Shown: positions 29,103-38,301 of the stretch, one piece after another
Layout: every line of letters begins with the position of its first letter
How positions within the stretch are numbered: position 1 is the first letter of the stretch
From: Oceanispirochaeta sp.
GTDB taxonomy: Bacteria; Spirochaetota; Spirochaetia; DSM-2461
Length of the DNA: 64,000 bases
Assembly (NCBI GenBank): GCA_963663385.2
Contig: CAXXXD010000004.1
Coordinates: forward strand, 352,001-416,000
Reading direction: 5' to 3'
Notes under the pieces: generated by a model
Seen by the model: only the letters and a program-made list of their open reading frames with translations
Databases searched by the model: none
Told to the model about the DNA's origin: nothing
Position numbers and translations under genes: made by a program

Positions 29103-30873
29103 ACTGATAATTAATGGAAGAACGATTCACGCCGAAGCGGATATGACCATTCTGGAAGCGGCAAAAACGGCCGGTATCCGTATCCCGACCCTCTGTTATC
29201 TGGAAGGGACTCCTCCTCTGGGAGCCTGTCGGGTCTGTGTGGTGGAAGTGGAGGGAGCACCTACTCTGGCTGCTTCCTGCTCCACCCCCGTACGGGAGGG
29301 GATGGTTGTCAGTACAAACAGTGCCCGGGTATTGAAACGGAGAAAAGGGGTTGTTGAACTGCTTCTGAGTGAGCATGAGGGCAACTGTTCCTGGTGTGAA
29401 CGGTCTGAGGATTGTGAACTTAAAGCCCTTGCTTATGAGTTGGGCATACGGGCAGAACCGGAATATGAAAAAAAGGGGGAAAAACTACTGGATTTTTCCA
29501 CTCCCGCCCTGGAAAGAGATTCCGGTAAATGTATTAAATGCCGCCGCTGTGTTACCGCCTGTAATGAAGTTCAGAAAGTGGGAGCTCTCTTTCCTCAGGG
29601 ACGGGGATACTCTACACTGATCTCTCCGGGTTTCGGAGAAGCCCTGAATACAGTTGCCTGTGTTCAATGCGGCCAATGCGCAGCTGTCTGTCCTGTAGGC
29701 GCCATAACCGAGAAGAGTCATATTGACAGTGTACTGGATGCCCTGGCGGATCCCCGGAAATATGTTGTTGTGCAGACGGCTCCAGCCATTCGTGCCGCTT
29801 TGGGAGAGGTTTTCGGCCTTCCTCCGGGAACCCTTGTTACAGGGCGAATGACAAGCGCTTTGAGAATGATGGGATTCGATGCGGTGTTTGATACGAACTT
29901 TACAGCGGATCTGACCATTATGGAGGAGGGAACCGAGCTGCTGACCAGACTGCGCCGTGTATTGAAGGAGAATGAAGAAGCAGCGCTTCCCCAGTTTACA
30001 AGCTGTTCACCGGGATGGATTCAATATGCGGAATATTTCTATCCCGAATTCCTGCCAAACCTGTCTACCTGTAAATCTCCCCAGCAGATGTTCGGCGCTC
30101 TGGCAAAAACCTACTATGCCTCAAAAATATCCGTGGATCCCGGGGATATGACCGTTGTTTCTGTAATGCCCTGTACAGCCAAGAAATATGAGGCCCAGAG
30201 GGAAGAGATGACCGACAGCGGTTATGCCGATGTTGACTATGTCCTGACCACCCGGGAATTGGGGCGTATGATCCGCCAGGCCGGTCTGGACTTTGTTCAT
30301 CTGCCTGATTCAGAAATGGATGCCCCTCTGGGAACCTCCTCGGGGGCGGCGGATATCTTTGCCAGTACAGGCGGAGTAATGGAAGCCGCCCTGCGAACGG
30401 TGCATGAGATTGTGACCGGAAAACCTTTGCCGGGGGACAACCTCCATATTCATTCTCTATCTTCTCTGGAAGGTGTAAAGACTGTTTCCCTTTTGCTGGA
30501 CGAGACCCTGCCGGAATGGGACTTCCTTAAAGGGGTTGAGGTAAAGCTGGCTGTTGCCCATGGTCTGGGGAATGCCGCCGCCCTGCTCGACTCCATCAAA
30601 CGCGGTGAGGAGCTTTTTCACTTTGTTGAAATCATGACTTGTCCGGGAGGATGCATCGGCGGCGGAGGTCAGCCCCGTATGACCGATGACTCCGTCCGCA
30701 AGGCCAGGATAGAGGCGATCTTCAGAGAGGATGAGGGTAAAACGGTCCGGAAATCCCATGAGAATCCGGGTGTGGCTGCCCTGTACAGGGAGTTTCTGGG
30801 AAAGCCTCTGGGGGAGAAATCCCACCACCTGCTGCATACGCACTATAAGCAGAAAACTAAAGTCTCGATCTGA
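29095..30873 (+). CDS. hydA: [FeFe]-hydrogenase catalytic subunit HydA of hydrogenase 2
   Basis: TSCSPGW, MPCTAKKYE, EIMTCPGGCIGGGGQP; same accessory FeS set as HndD. Confidence 0.96.
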   Translation: MPELIINGRTIHAEADMTILEAAKTAGIRIPTLCYLEGTPPLGACRVCVVEVEGAPTLAASCSTPVREGMVVSTNSARVLKRRKGVVELLLSEHEGNCSWCERSEDCELKALAYELGIRAEPEYEKKGEKLLDFSTPALERDSGKCIKCRRCVTACNEVQKVGALFPQGRGYSTLISPGFGEALNTVACVQCGQCAAVCPVGAITEKSHIDSVLDALADPRKYVVVQTAPAIRAALGEVFGLPPGTLVTGRMTSALRMMGFDAVFDTNFTADLTIMEEGTELLTRLRRVLKENEEAALPQFTSCSPGWIQYAEYFYPEFLPNLSTCKSPQQMFGALAKTYYASKISVDPGDMTVVSVMPCTAKKYEAQREEMTDSGYADVDYVLTTRELGRMIRQAGLDFVHLPDSEMDAPLGTSSGAADIFASTGGVMEAALRTVHEIVTGKPLPGDNLHIHSLSSLEGVKTVSLLLDETLPEWDFLKGVEVKLAVAHGLGNAAALLDSIKRGEELFHFVEIMTCPGGCIGGGGQPRMTDDSVRKARIEAIFREDEGKTVRKSHENPGVAALYREFLGKPLGEKSHHLLHTHYKQKTKVSI

Positions 30874-30887
30874 TATAATTACTGAAT

Positions 30888-30935
30888 ATGAGGACGTAAA
30901 GAATAGACTTCTTCACGTCCTCATTACTATCTTTT
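30888..30935 (+). terminator. Terminator hairpin after hydA
   Basis: ATGAGGACGT...ACGTCCTCAT stem followed by T-rich tail. Confidence 0.65.
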
Positions 30936-31275
30936 TAAAATCCACTGAACTCCCTTCTGATTTGATTACTCAGTGAAAATCTTTATAATATGCCTGTTAG
31001 TTAAGTAAACCAGGAGTATGGTCTTGGCAGAATAATTCTCATCCAGCCCCGAAGGATTCTCTGGTTTTCTTTAGTATGGTAGTATTGCATGTGGTGCCTT
31101 CAATTCAAATCCAAGAGCCTCTTTTTTGATAAAGGAAACATTAAATCAGGTTAAATAACACAGTAATCGCAGGAATTCTGAAGATACTCCAGTTAAACTG
31201 AAAAACCTCTTCTTTACGCCTTGTTTAAGGGGAGGTAATGTAACTCAAGAAAGTTAATTAAAGGGAGATAATTTC

Positions 31276-32553
31276 ATGAAACGTTTTTTTTTACTGGCAG
31301 TCCTGACAGTGTTTTTGATTAATCCTATGTTTTCAAATGGTCAGGGAGAGGATTCTGAAAAGGATAAAGTAAAAATCCGTTATGCCTATCAATGGACAGG
31401 AGATTTTGATGAGCAGATGAATGCTTATGCAGAATCTGTTAAGGATGAGTATGCTCTGGAACTGGAGCTTACACCGGGACTTGATCACAAGCAAAAGATT
31501 CAGGTGGACATTGCTGCTGGAACTACTGCCGATGTATTTCAGTATTGGAGTTATGAAACTAATTTGAAGGATCTGGCCCTTAATAATATTATCCTGGATG
31601 TAGATAAATACATGGCTGTGTCTAATAATATCAACCGTGATGATTTTACTGCCGGTGCCTGGTCGGCAACTGAAGTGGATGGGAAGAATTACGGTTTTCC
31701 TGTATCAAGCTTTAAGGGATTCTTCCTTGCAAACAAGGCTCTTTTTGATAAATATGGATTGAAGCTTCCTGAATCTTGGGATGATCTTAAAGAGGCTTCT
31801 GTTCTGTTTAGAAAGAATGGTATCATCCCTTTGAGTATGGGAAGTCTCAAAGGCGATCCCGGTCATCTCTTTTTCAGTTCCCTGGCTTTTCAGGCTATAG
31901 ACGGCTATCAGGACGCTCAGGCTCTGGCAGTTTCAAAAAACTTCGATACAGTGGCAAATCATCGTGCAGCTAATGCAATTGCAGATTTAATAGAATGGCA
32001 GACCATGCCGGGCGACACTGTCACAAATGGAGGATGGGGACCCCAAACAGCACTCTATAACAGTCGTAAAGCAGCTATGATATTCTCATTTCCCTGGAAA
32101 ATCAGTGATTTCGATTCAGATGTAGTTGCTGAATCCGTACTGATTCCAGTTCCCGCTATAACAGATGCTGAAGTAAATCCTTCAGGATTTACTGTCGGGG
32201 GTATATCTATCAGCAATCTGATTAACAGGAACTCCTTTGAGGATGAAGAAAAACGGGATGCCCTCGTTTCATTTACCGATTACCTGCTGTCAGATGAGGT
32301 TTATACCAATGTGGCTTTGAACGGGAAAGGTTTTCCTGCCAAGATTCTCGATCTGCCGAAAGGTCAGAACCCTCTGTTCGATATGGTTCAGCAGTTTACA
32401 TCTCACCAGGATATTTACGGGATTCATGAGTTTTTCTTTCCTTCACTGGTCAGTTTTGACGGATATAAAAGTGCCTGCGATGAGCTATATGCCGGTGCAG
32501 TTACTCCAGAAGAATTCATTATAAAAGTCCAGAAAGGACTTGGGCGAAAATAG
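31276..32553 (+). CDS. Carbohydrate ABC transporter substrate-binding protein
   Basis: Signal peptide (FSNGQGE); DGKNYGFP, NKALFDKYGL..PESWDDL. Confidence 0.9.
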   Translation: MKRFFLLAVLTVFLINPMFSNGQGEDSEKDKVKIRYAYQWTGDFDEQMNAYAESVKDEYALELELTPGLDHKQKIQVDIAAGTTADVFQYWSYETNLKDLALNNIILDVDKYMAVSNNINRDDFTAGAWSATEVDGKNYGFPVSSFKGFFLANKALFDKYGLKLPESWDDLKEASVLFRKNGIIPLSMGSLKGDPGHLFFSSLAFQAIDGYQDAQALAVSKNFDTVANHRAANAIADLIEWQTMPGDTVTNGGWGPQTALYNSRKAAMIFSFPWKISDFDSDVVAESVLIPVPAITDAEVNPSGFTVGGISISNLINRNSFEDEEKRDALVSFTDYLLSDEVYTNVALNGKGFPAKILDLPKGQNPLFDMVQQFTSHQDIYGIHEFFFPSLVSFDGYKSACDELYAGAVTPEEFIIKVQKGLGRK

Positions 32554-32565
32554 CTGCTTTGTATA

Positions 32566-32612
32566 TTGATAATCATCCAATCCAAGGGGACTTCCCCGGA
32601 TTGGATAGTCAA
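32566..32612 (+). other. Intercistronic stem-loop after SBP gene (likely mRNA stabiliser/attenuator)
   Basis: ATCCAATCC-aa-GGGG-actt-CCCC-GGATTGGAT. Confidence 0.55.
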
Positions 32613-32625
32613 ATGGAGATTCGTG

Positions 32626-33501
32626 ATGAGAGCAAATGAAAAACCTTACTGCCTTGCCTTTCTTACTCCTGCGTTTATTCTGTATTCCGGATTGATGATT
32701 TTTCCAATAATTTTATCAGCCGGATATGGTTTCTACTCATGGAACGCAATAGGGGTGAAAACATTTATAGGATTTCAGAACTATTCTGAATTGATGAAAG
32801 ATTCAGGTTATTGGCAGACATTCAATAATACGGTGGTCCTGATTGGAGCATCTCTTGTGTTTCAAATTCCTGTTGCCTTTTTTGTGAGTTATCTGCTGAA
32901 TGGTATTGGGAAAAGATCTGAAGTGTTACGTACCATTTATTTTTTTCCGGTAATAATCAGTCCTATAGCTATTGGAACAATGTTTGCTCTTCTCTATAAC
33001 GGAGAGCTGGGACTATTGAATGAGCTGATGGAGGCAGTCTTCGGACCAGAAGGAAGACAAAACTGGGTTTCAGATCCTGATCTGGTTCTTGGCGCAGTTA
33101 TTGCACCCGATATCTGGCGCTATATAGGTTATTACATTGTTATTTTTTATGCAGGGCTGCAGGGAATTCCGAGAGCGTTATACGAAAGTGCTTTAATTGA
33201 TGGAGCTTCCGGCAAAATCATCTTCTTCAGAATTATAGTCCCTCTCCTGTCCAATGTCATACAGATCTGCTTTATCCTCAGTGTAACAGGATGCTTGAAA
33301 TCTTTTGCTCTTCCATTGGCTCTGACAGATGGCGGACCGGGAGTCAGGTCCAGTTATATATCGCTTTATATGTTCAAGACGGCATTCTCGCATCACAGGT
33401 TTGGTTACGGTAGTGCTGTTACTATGACAATTCTAATATATGCTCTCGGTTTAACTGCTATCTTAAAAAAGATTTTTCCACAGGAATCAATCGAGTATTG
33501 A
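32626..33501 (+). CDS. Carbohydrate ABC permease 1
   Basis: FIGFQNY; LQGIPRALYESALIDGAS EAA loop. Confidence 0.92.
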   Translation: MRANEKPYCLAFLTPAFILYSGLMIFPIILSAGYGFYSWNAIGVKTFIGFQNYSELMKDSGYWQTFNNTVVLIGASLVFQIPVAFFVSYLLNGIGKRSEVLRTIYFFPVIISPIAIGTMFALLYNGELGLLNELMEAVFGPEGRQNWVSDPDLVLGAVIAPDIWRYIGYYIVIFYAGLQGIPRALYESALIDGASGKIIFFRIIVPLLSNVIQICFILSVTGCLKSFALPLALTDGGPGVRSSYISLYMFKTAFSHHRFGYGSAVTMTILIYALGLTAILKKIFPQESIEY

Positions 33502-33511
33502 AGGGACTGAA

Positions 33512-34330
33512 ATGAAAAAAATACATAAAAAACAACTGATATGGTTATTCCTCAGTCTGCTTTCCGTAACAATGGTTTTTCCTTTTTACTGGGTATTACT
33601 CAGTTCCATAAAAACTACTGATGAAATCTACACTTCGGCATTCTCATTTCCCGGGCATTTTCGTTTTGAAAATTACATTAATGCATGGACTCAAGCATCT
33701 ATAGGAACTTGCTTTGGCAATAGTCTTATCGTATCTGCAGCGGCTTTGACAGTTACCCTTCTTTTTGCTTCCATGGCGGCTTATGTTCTATCCAGAAAAT
33801 GGAAAAGTCCTCTACTTTTCAGTTATTTTTCACTTGGAATAATGATACCTCTTCAGGCCATTGTAATACCGTCATTTCTTATTATCCGGGATTTGGGACT
33901 GATCAATTCCCGGATGGGACTAGTTCTGGTATACGTAGTAAGCGGAATTTCATTTGGAATATTTGTATTATCCGGATTTTTCAGGACAATTCCGGGTGAG
34001 CTGGAAGAGGCGGCAACAATTGATGGCAGTGGTTTTACAGGAACCTTTTTCAGGATAATACTGCCAATGGCAAAACCAGCAATGGCTTCTGTGGGGATCC
34101 TATTATTTCTGCAATATTGGAATGAATACCTGTTTGCTTCAGTCTTAATTGCTAAGCAGCAGTATAAAACGTTAACACAGGGCATAATGGCTCTCAGAGG
34201 ACCTTATACAACAGATTATGGGATGTTGACCGCAGGCCTGGCTTTGGCAATTCTGCCCCTGATCGCTGCTTACATTCTGCTTCAGAAGCAGGTTATTGAA
34301 GGTATGACTGCCGGTGCAGTCAAAGGATGA
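33512..34330 (+). CDS. Carbohydrate ABC permease 2
   Basis: IPGELEEAATIDG; WNEY; GMTAGAVKG. Confidence 0.93.
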   Translation: MKKIHKKQLIWLFLSLLSVTMVFPFYWVLLSSIKTTDEIYTSAFSFPGHFRFENYINAWTQASIGTCFGNSLIVSAAALTVTLLFASMAAYVLSRKWKSPLLFSYFSLGIMIPLQAIVIPSFLIIRDLGLINSRMGLVLVYVVSGISFGIFVLSGFFRTIPGELEEAATIDGSGFTGTFFRIILPMAKPAMASVGILLFLQYWNEYLFASVLIAKQQYKTLTQGIMALRGPYTTDYGMLTAGLALAILPLIAAYILLQKQVIEGMTAGAVKG

Positions 34331-34336
34331 ACTTCT

Positions 34337-35523
34337 ATGAACAATAATAATATATGGATAACCGTGCCGACGTATTGGGGGGATTACGGGACTCCGGATA
34401 ATCCGCCATGTATTGATTTTGATCACCCGACATCTCCCAATGGAGAAGGAACACTTTATAGAACCATAGAGAGTCTCTGCCAGCTACCGGAAGATTTCTC
34501 TCTATTGGTTGTGCTGGCTGTTACTCACAAGGAGTATCTGGATAAATCAAGAGCCAGGGTCCTGGATATTCTTTCTTCATTCCGGAATAAAAAGATATAC
34601 CTTGTTACTCCCGAGGATGTTGAGCAAATTAATAGTTTTCTGAATCTCTCAATGTTAAGGATGGACAGTTATGGGAGCATCCGTAATGTTCAGCTTTTTA
34701 TTCCCTACTGTCTGGGTGCGGAATATATTGTAGGAATAGATGACGATGAGATTATAGAAGATAATCAATATCTGAAAAAGGTTATTACCGGGCTTCAGGG
34801 AAAACAGGGGCCGGAGGATTGGCAGGGCCCTACTTTGACAGTCAGGGTGAGTATCGAATCCGTGGTGCTGAAGCTCTGGGATGCCTGGAAAATCTTTTTC
34901 TTAAAAAAAATTACTTCATGAATGAAGCCCTGAAAAAAGCAATGGAACAATACCCGCATATTCACACGAATGTTGTCGCATTTGGTGGGAATATGGTATT
35001 TCCCCGGGAGACAGTAGAGAAGGTATGTCATGACCCCTATATTCCAAGAGGAGAAGATTATGACTATGTTATTAATGCTTTAATGAAAAATATCCGCTTC
35101 TGTTTTCATCCTGATGCGGCCATTATTCATCTCCCTCCGGATTCAGAAGGCAGTCAGGCTGGAGATAATATCAGAAAACTGAAGGCAGATATCAGACGAT
35201 TTATCTACATGAGTATCAAACTGAATGAGCACCGGCGCTGTTTTCCTGATGAATCATTTCATATTGAGCTTCTGAAACCGTATCCGGGTGCATTTGCAAT
35301 AGATCCGGAGATTCTGATTCAGCACGGGAAAAAAGCCCTTCAAGATGCTTATCCCGGGAGTATGACACTTCATGAAATAGACTGTTTTGTTCGAAAGGCG
35401 GCAGAAGATGCCATTACAAAAAGTGCGGAGTTCTTCGAATATAGTAAATTCTGGAATGATATGATTCCTTTTTGCGCTGAAAACAGGGCTTTACAATCAA
35501 AATTGAAGCATTTGTCTGTCTGA
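34337..35523 (+). pseudogene. GT-A-fold (GT2-like) glycosyltransferase split by a -1 frameshift near 34798-34804 (pseudogene, assembly error or programmed shift)
   Basis: 5' ORF: VPTYWG, DHPT, YGSIRN, GIDDDE; 3' ORF in -1 frame: GGLAGPY, FGGNM, DPYIPRGEDYDY, HLPP; joined about 395 aa. Confidence 0.75.
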
Positions 35524-35613
35524 TGCTTTCATTTGACTCTTGTTGACCGGGAGAGTATCATAATTATTCTTCCGGTTTACCGGTTTCTTAATGGGATCAG
35601 AAAGGTTGAAAGA

Positions 35614-37374
35614 ATGAAAAAAAAATCCCGTCTGCGCCAGAAATTTACAACACTAACCATCGGGAAAGAGATTCTTGCGGCTCTGTTCTGTGCGGCTCTT
35701 CTTCCCACTGTCATTGTCGGTCTGTATGGAGGATGGCAGGTAAGATACTTTCTCAATCAGGAGAAGATTTCCTATAATCATGAGTTAGTCCGACAAGCCG
35801 GGCAGAAACTGGACTATCTTACCAAGGACATTTCCAATGTAAAGAAGCAGCTGATCGTTCATGTTATCTCGTCTCCTCTTTTTTATCAGTATGATGAAAT
35901 CTCTCTTATTGAGCGTATTCGGGAAATTAATGATACAAATGCCTATCTGGATACTCTCCGGCAGATTTATCCTTTTATAGCGGCGATTTATATAGTGGAT
36001 AGCAGTCGCAGAGTGTATTCAAGTCTGATCGAATTCAATAAGGAAAAACTTCTTGAGAAACCATGGATAGAGGAGCTTTTCCTCATGTCCTATGGATCGA
36101 GGGTCATACCACTTCATCAATCCGATTATGCCGCTGCGTCTATTCGGGAACCTGTCGGAAATACCATCAGCTTTGTTCAAAAAGTCAAACCCCTTGGAAA
36201 TATTCATAATGGAGTGGTGATTCAAATAGATTTGTACGAGCAATTACTGAATGACTTTCTTGAGGAGTTTCCCATTATTGATGGCGGTTATGTTCTCCTG
36301 CAGGATTCCGAAGCACAGATCCTTGCATTAAGATCCGTCGGGGAATCGTTGATACAGCTCAATAGAATTCGCGAATTTTATTATTCCCTTGAAAATGTTG
36401 AATGGTCTCTGGTGGCTGGTGTACCGATGGCACGAGTTTTGTCGGGAAGAAGTATAACTCTTTGGATCTTTGTGCTCCTGGTTCTGGCAGTTTTGCTTTT
36501 ATCCGCCCTTCTATCAGTGTTTATATCCAGAAGGATTACCGGTCCCCTCTATAAGGTCATCGATGCAATGGAACTTTTGGGGAAGGGGGATTTCAGCCAT
36601 CACTTACCATATGTCACAAACTCCGATCTCCTTTCTCTTGTAAATGGTATTAATCGAATGAGAGACCACCTTCAGATTCTTATCGCCAATATAGCCCGAA
36701 AGGAAGAGGAGAAAAACAGAGCGCGGCTGAATGCTTTGCAGGCACAGATCAATCCCCATTTTTTATATAATACACTTGATGTAATCAGAGGGATCTCTCA
36801 TGCTCACGGGAATGAGGATGTTGTTGGAATTACAGCATCTCTGGCAAAAATTTTCCGTTACAGTATAGGTTCTGACGAAGTCGTAACCATTGAGAGGGAA
36901 CTGGAGAATATAAAACACTACTTAAATATTCAGGAATCCCGCTTTGGAGATCGATTCCGTACTGAAATCCTCATTGATGAGGAAATTTTAAAATACAGGA
37001 CCGTTAAGCTTATTCTTCAGCCTCTGGTTGAAAATGCATTTAAATACGGGCTGGAGGAGATAAGTAAGGATGGAGAACTTTCTATCAGGGGAGAAATCTC
37101 CGGAGATCTTATTAAACTCGTTGTTGAGAACACCGGGCCGGGGATTGATCCGGATTTAGCTGAAAAAATGAATAAAAGCTTTAACCTTGGAGCCTCTGTT
37201 GAGCATGGAAATCCGATCGATCTAACTAAAGGAGGTTTAGGGCTTAATAACGTAGATGCCCGTTTGAAGTTATACTACGGAATGGCTGCCGGCGTCAGGA
37301 TTGACCCGGGGAGAGTAAGCGGTACCAAGGTTACTTTGACATTTCCATTATTGATGAAAAGGGAGAGTCTCTGA
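35614..37374 (+). CDS. YesM-like sensor histidine kinase (Cache-HAMP-His_kinase)
   Basis: LQAQINPHFLYNTL, LQPLVENAFKYG, GLGLNNV. Confidence 0.93.
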   Translation: MKKKSRLRQKFTTLTIGKEILAALFCAALLPTVIVGLYGGWQVRYFLNQEKISYNHELVRQAGQKLDYLTKDISNVKKQLIVHVISSPLFYQYDEISLIERIREINDTNAYLDTLRQIYPFIAAIYIVDSSRRVYSSLIEFNKEKLLEKPWIEELFLMSYGSRVIPLHQSDYAAASIREPVGNTISFVQKVKPLGNIHNGVVIQIDLYEQLLNDFLEEFPIIDGGYVLLQDSEAQILALRSVGESLIQLNRIREFYYSLENVEWSLVAGVPMARVLSGRSITLWIFVLLVLAVLLLSALLSVFISRRITGPLYKVIDAMELLGKGDFSHHLPYVTNSDLLSLVNGINRMRDHLQILIANIARKEEEKNRARLNALQAQINPHFLYNTLDVIRGISHAHGNEDVVGITASLAKIFRYSIGSDEVVTIERELENIKHYLNIQESRFGDRFRTEILIDEEILKYRTVKLILQPLVENAFKYGLEEISKDGELSIRGEISGDLIKLVVENTGPGIDPDLAEKMNKSFNLGASVEHGNPIDLTKGGLGLNNVDARLKLYYGMAAGVRIDPGRVSGTKVTLTFPLLMKRESL

Positions 37375-38162
37375 TGGCATATGGAGTTATTGTTATAGAT
37401 GATGAATACTGGATCAGGAATCTGATCTGCTCATATTTACCTGAAGAGAACGGGGTATTTGCTCTCTCGGGGCAGGCCGCTGACGGGTTGGCTGGACTGG
37501 CACTTTGTAGAAAAGTTCAGGCTGAAATTGTTATTACAGATATTAAAATGCCTGGAATGAACGGTCTGGAACTGCTGGAAGAGATCCGAAAGGAGTTTCC
37601 GGATACTCAGATAATAATAGTCAGCGGATATGAGGAGTTTGAGAATGCCCGCAGAGCTCTTAAAAGTGGTGTGCTGGATTATCTGCTCAAGCCCATAGAA
37701 GAGGATGCTCTTAGAGATGTGCTGATGCGGGCCGCAGAGCGATTGGACAATTTGAACGCTGGCAAACAGATGCATCAGAAACTGAGGAAAAAGGTTAAGA
37801 ATCTTGAATCTATTCTCACCCCACCCCAATCCTTACCTGAATTTCACGATCAAAGGATCGAGCGGGCAACCGTTTTTATTCAAAGACATTTCAATCGGGA
37901 TATTTCCCTGGATGAAACTGCTTCAGAGGCAGGTATGAATCCGAATTACTTCTCTGAATGTTTCAAAAAGAGTACAGGATGGGGATTTCACGAATACCTG
38001 ACTAACTGCCGTATACAGAAGGCATCGAAGCTTCTGTCGGATCCTGCTCTGAAAATTGCTGATATTGCCAGATTATCCGGCTTCCGGGATCCGAATTATT
38101 TTACTAGAATATTCAAGAAAATAACTGGTAAAAAACCAAGCGAATGCAGAAATCTATTTTAA
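37374..38162 (+). CDS. YesN-like response regulator (REC + AraC HTH)
   Basis: IDDE, TDIKMP, YLLKP; NPNYFS..FKK, GFRDPNYF. Confidence 0.94.
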   Translation: MAYGVIVIDDEYWIRNLICSYLPEENGVFALSGQAADGLAGLALCRKVQAEIVITDIKMPGMNGLELLEEIRKEFPDTQIIIVSGYEEFENARRALKSGVLDYLLKPIEEDALRDVLMRAAERLDNLNAGKQMHQKLRKKVKNLESILTPPQSLPEFHDQRIERATVFIQRHFNRDISLDETASEAGMNPNYFSECFKKSTGWGFHEYLTNCRIQKASKLLSDPALKIADIARLSGFRDPNYFTRIFKKITGKKPSECRNLF

Positions 38163-38301
38163 TAATTACTATGAATCAGACAGAATGCACTCTGCTTGTT
38201 TAATCTGGATTACCTGGTGTATGTCTGAAGAAAAAAAATCTCGAAAAATCCCGTTTTTGGTGGTATTGTAAAGTACATTACAAAGACTCTATCAAACCGA
38301 A

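Noticed and set aside
30880..38300. Integrative element boundaries around the AT-richer block
   Set aside because: No integrase, transposase, tRNA or direct repeats found by eye
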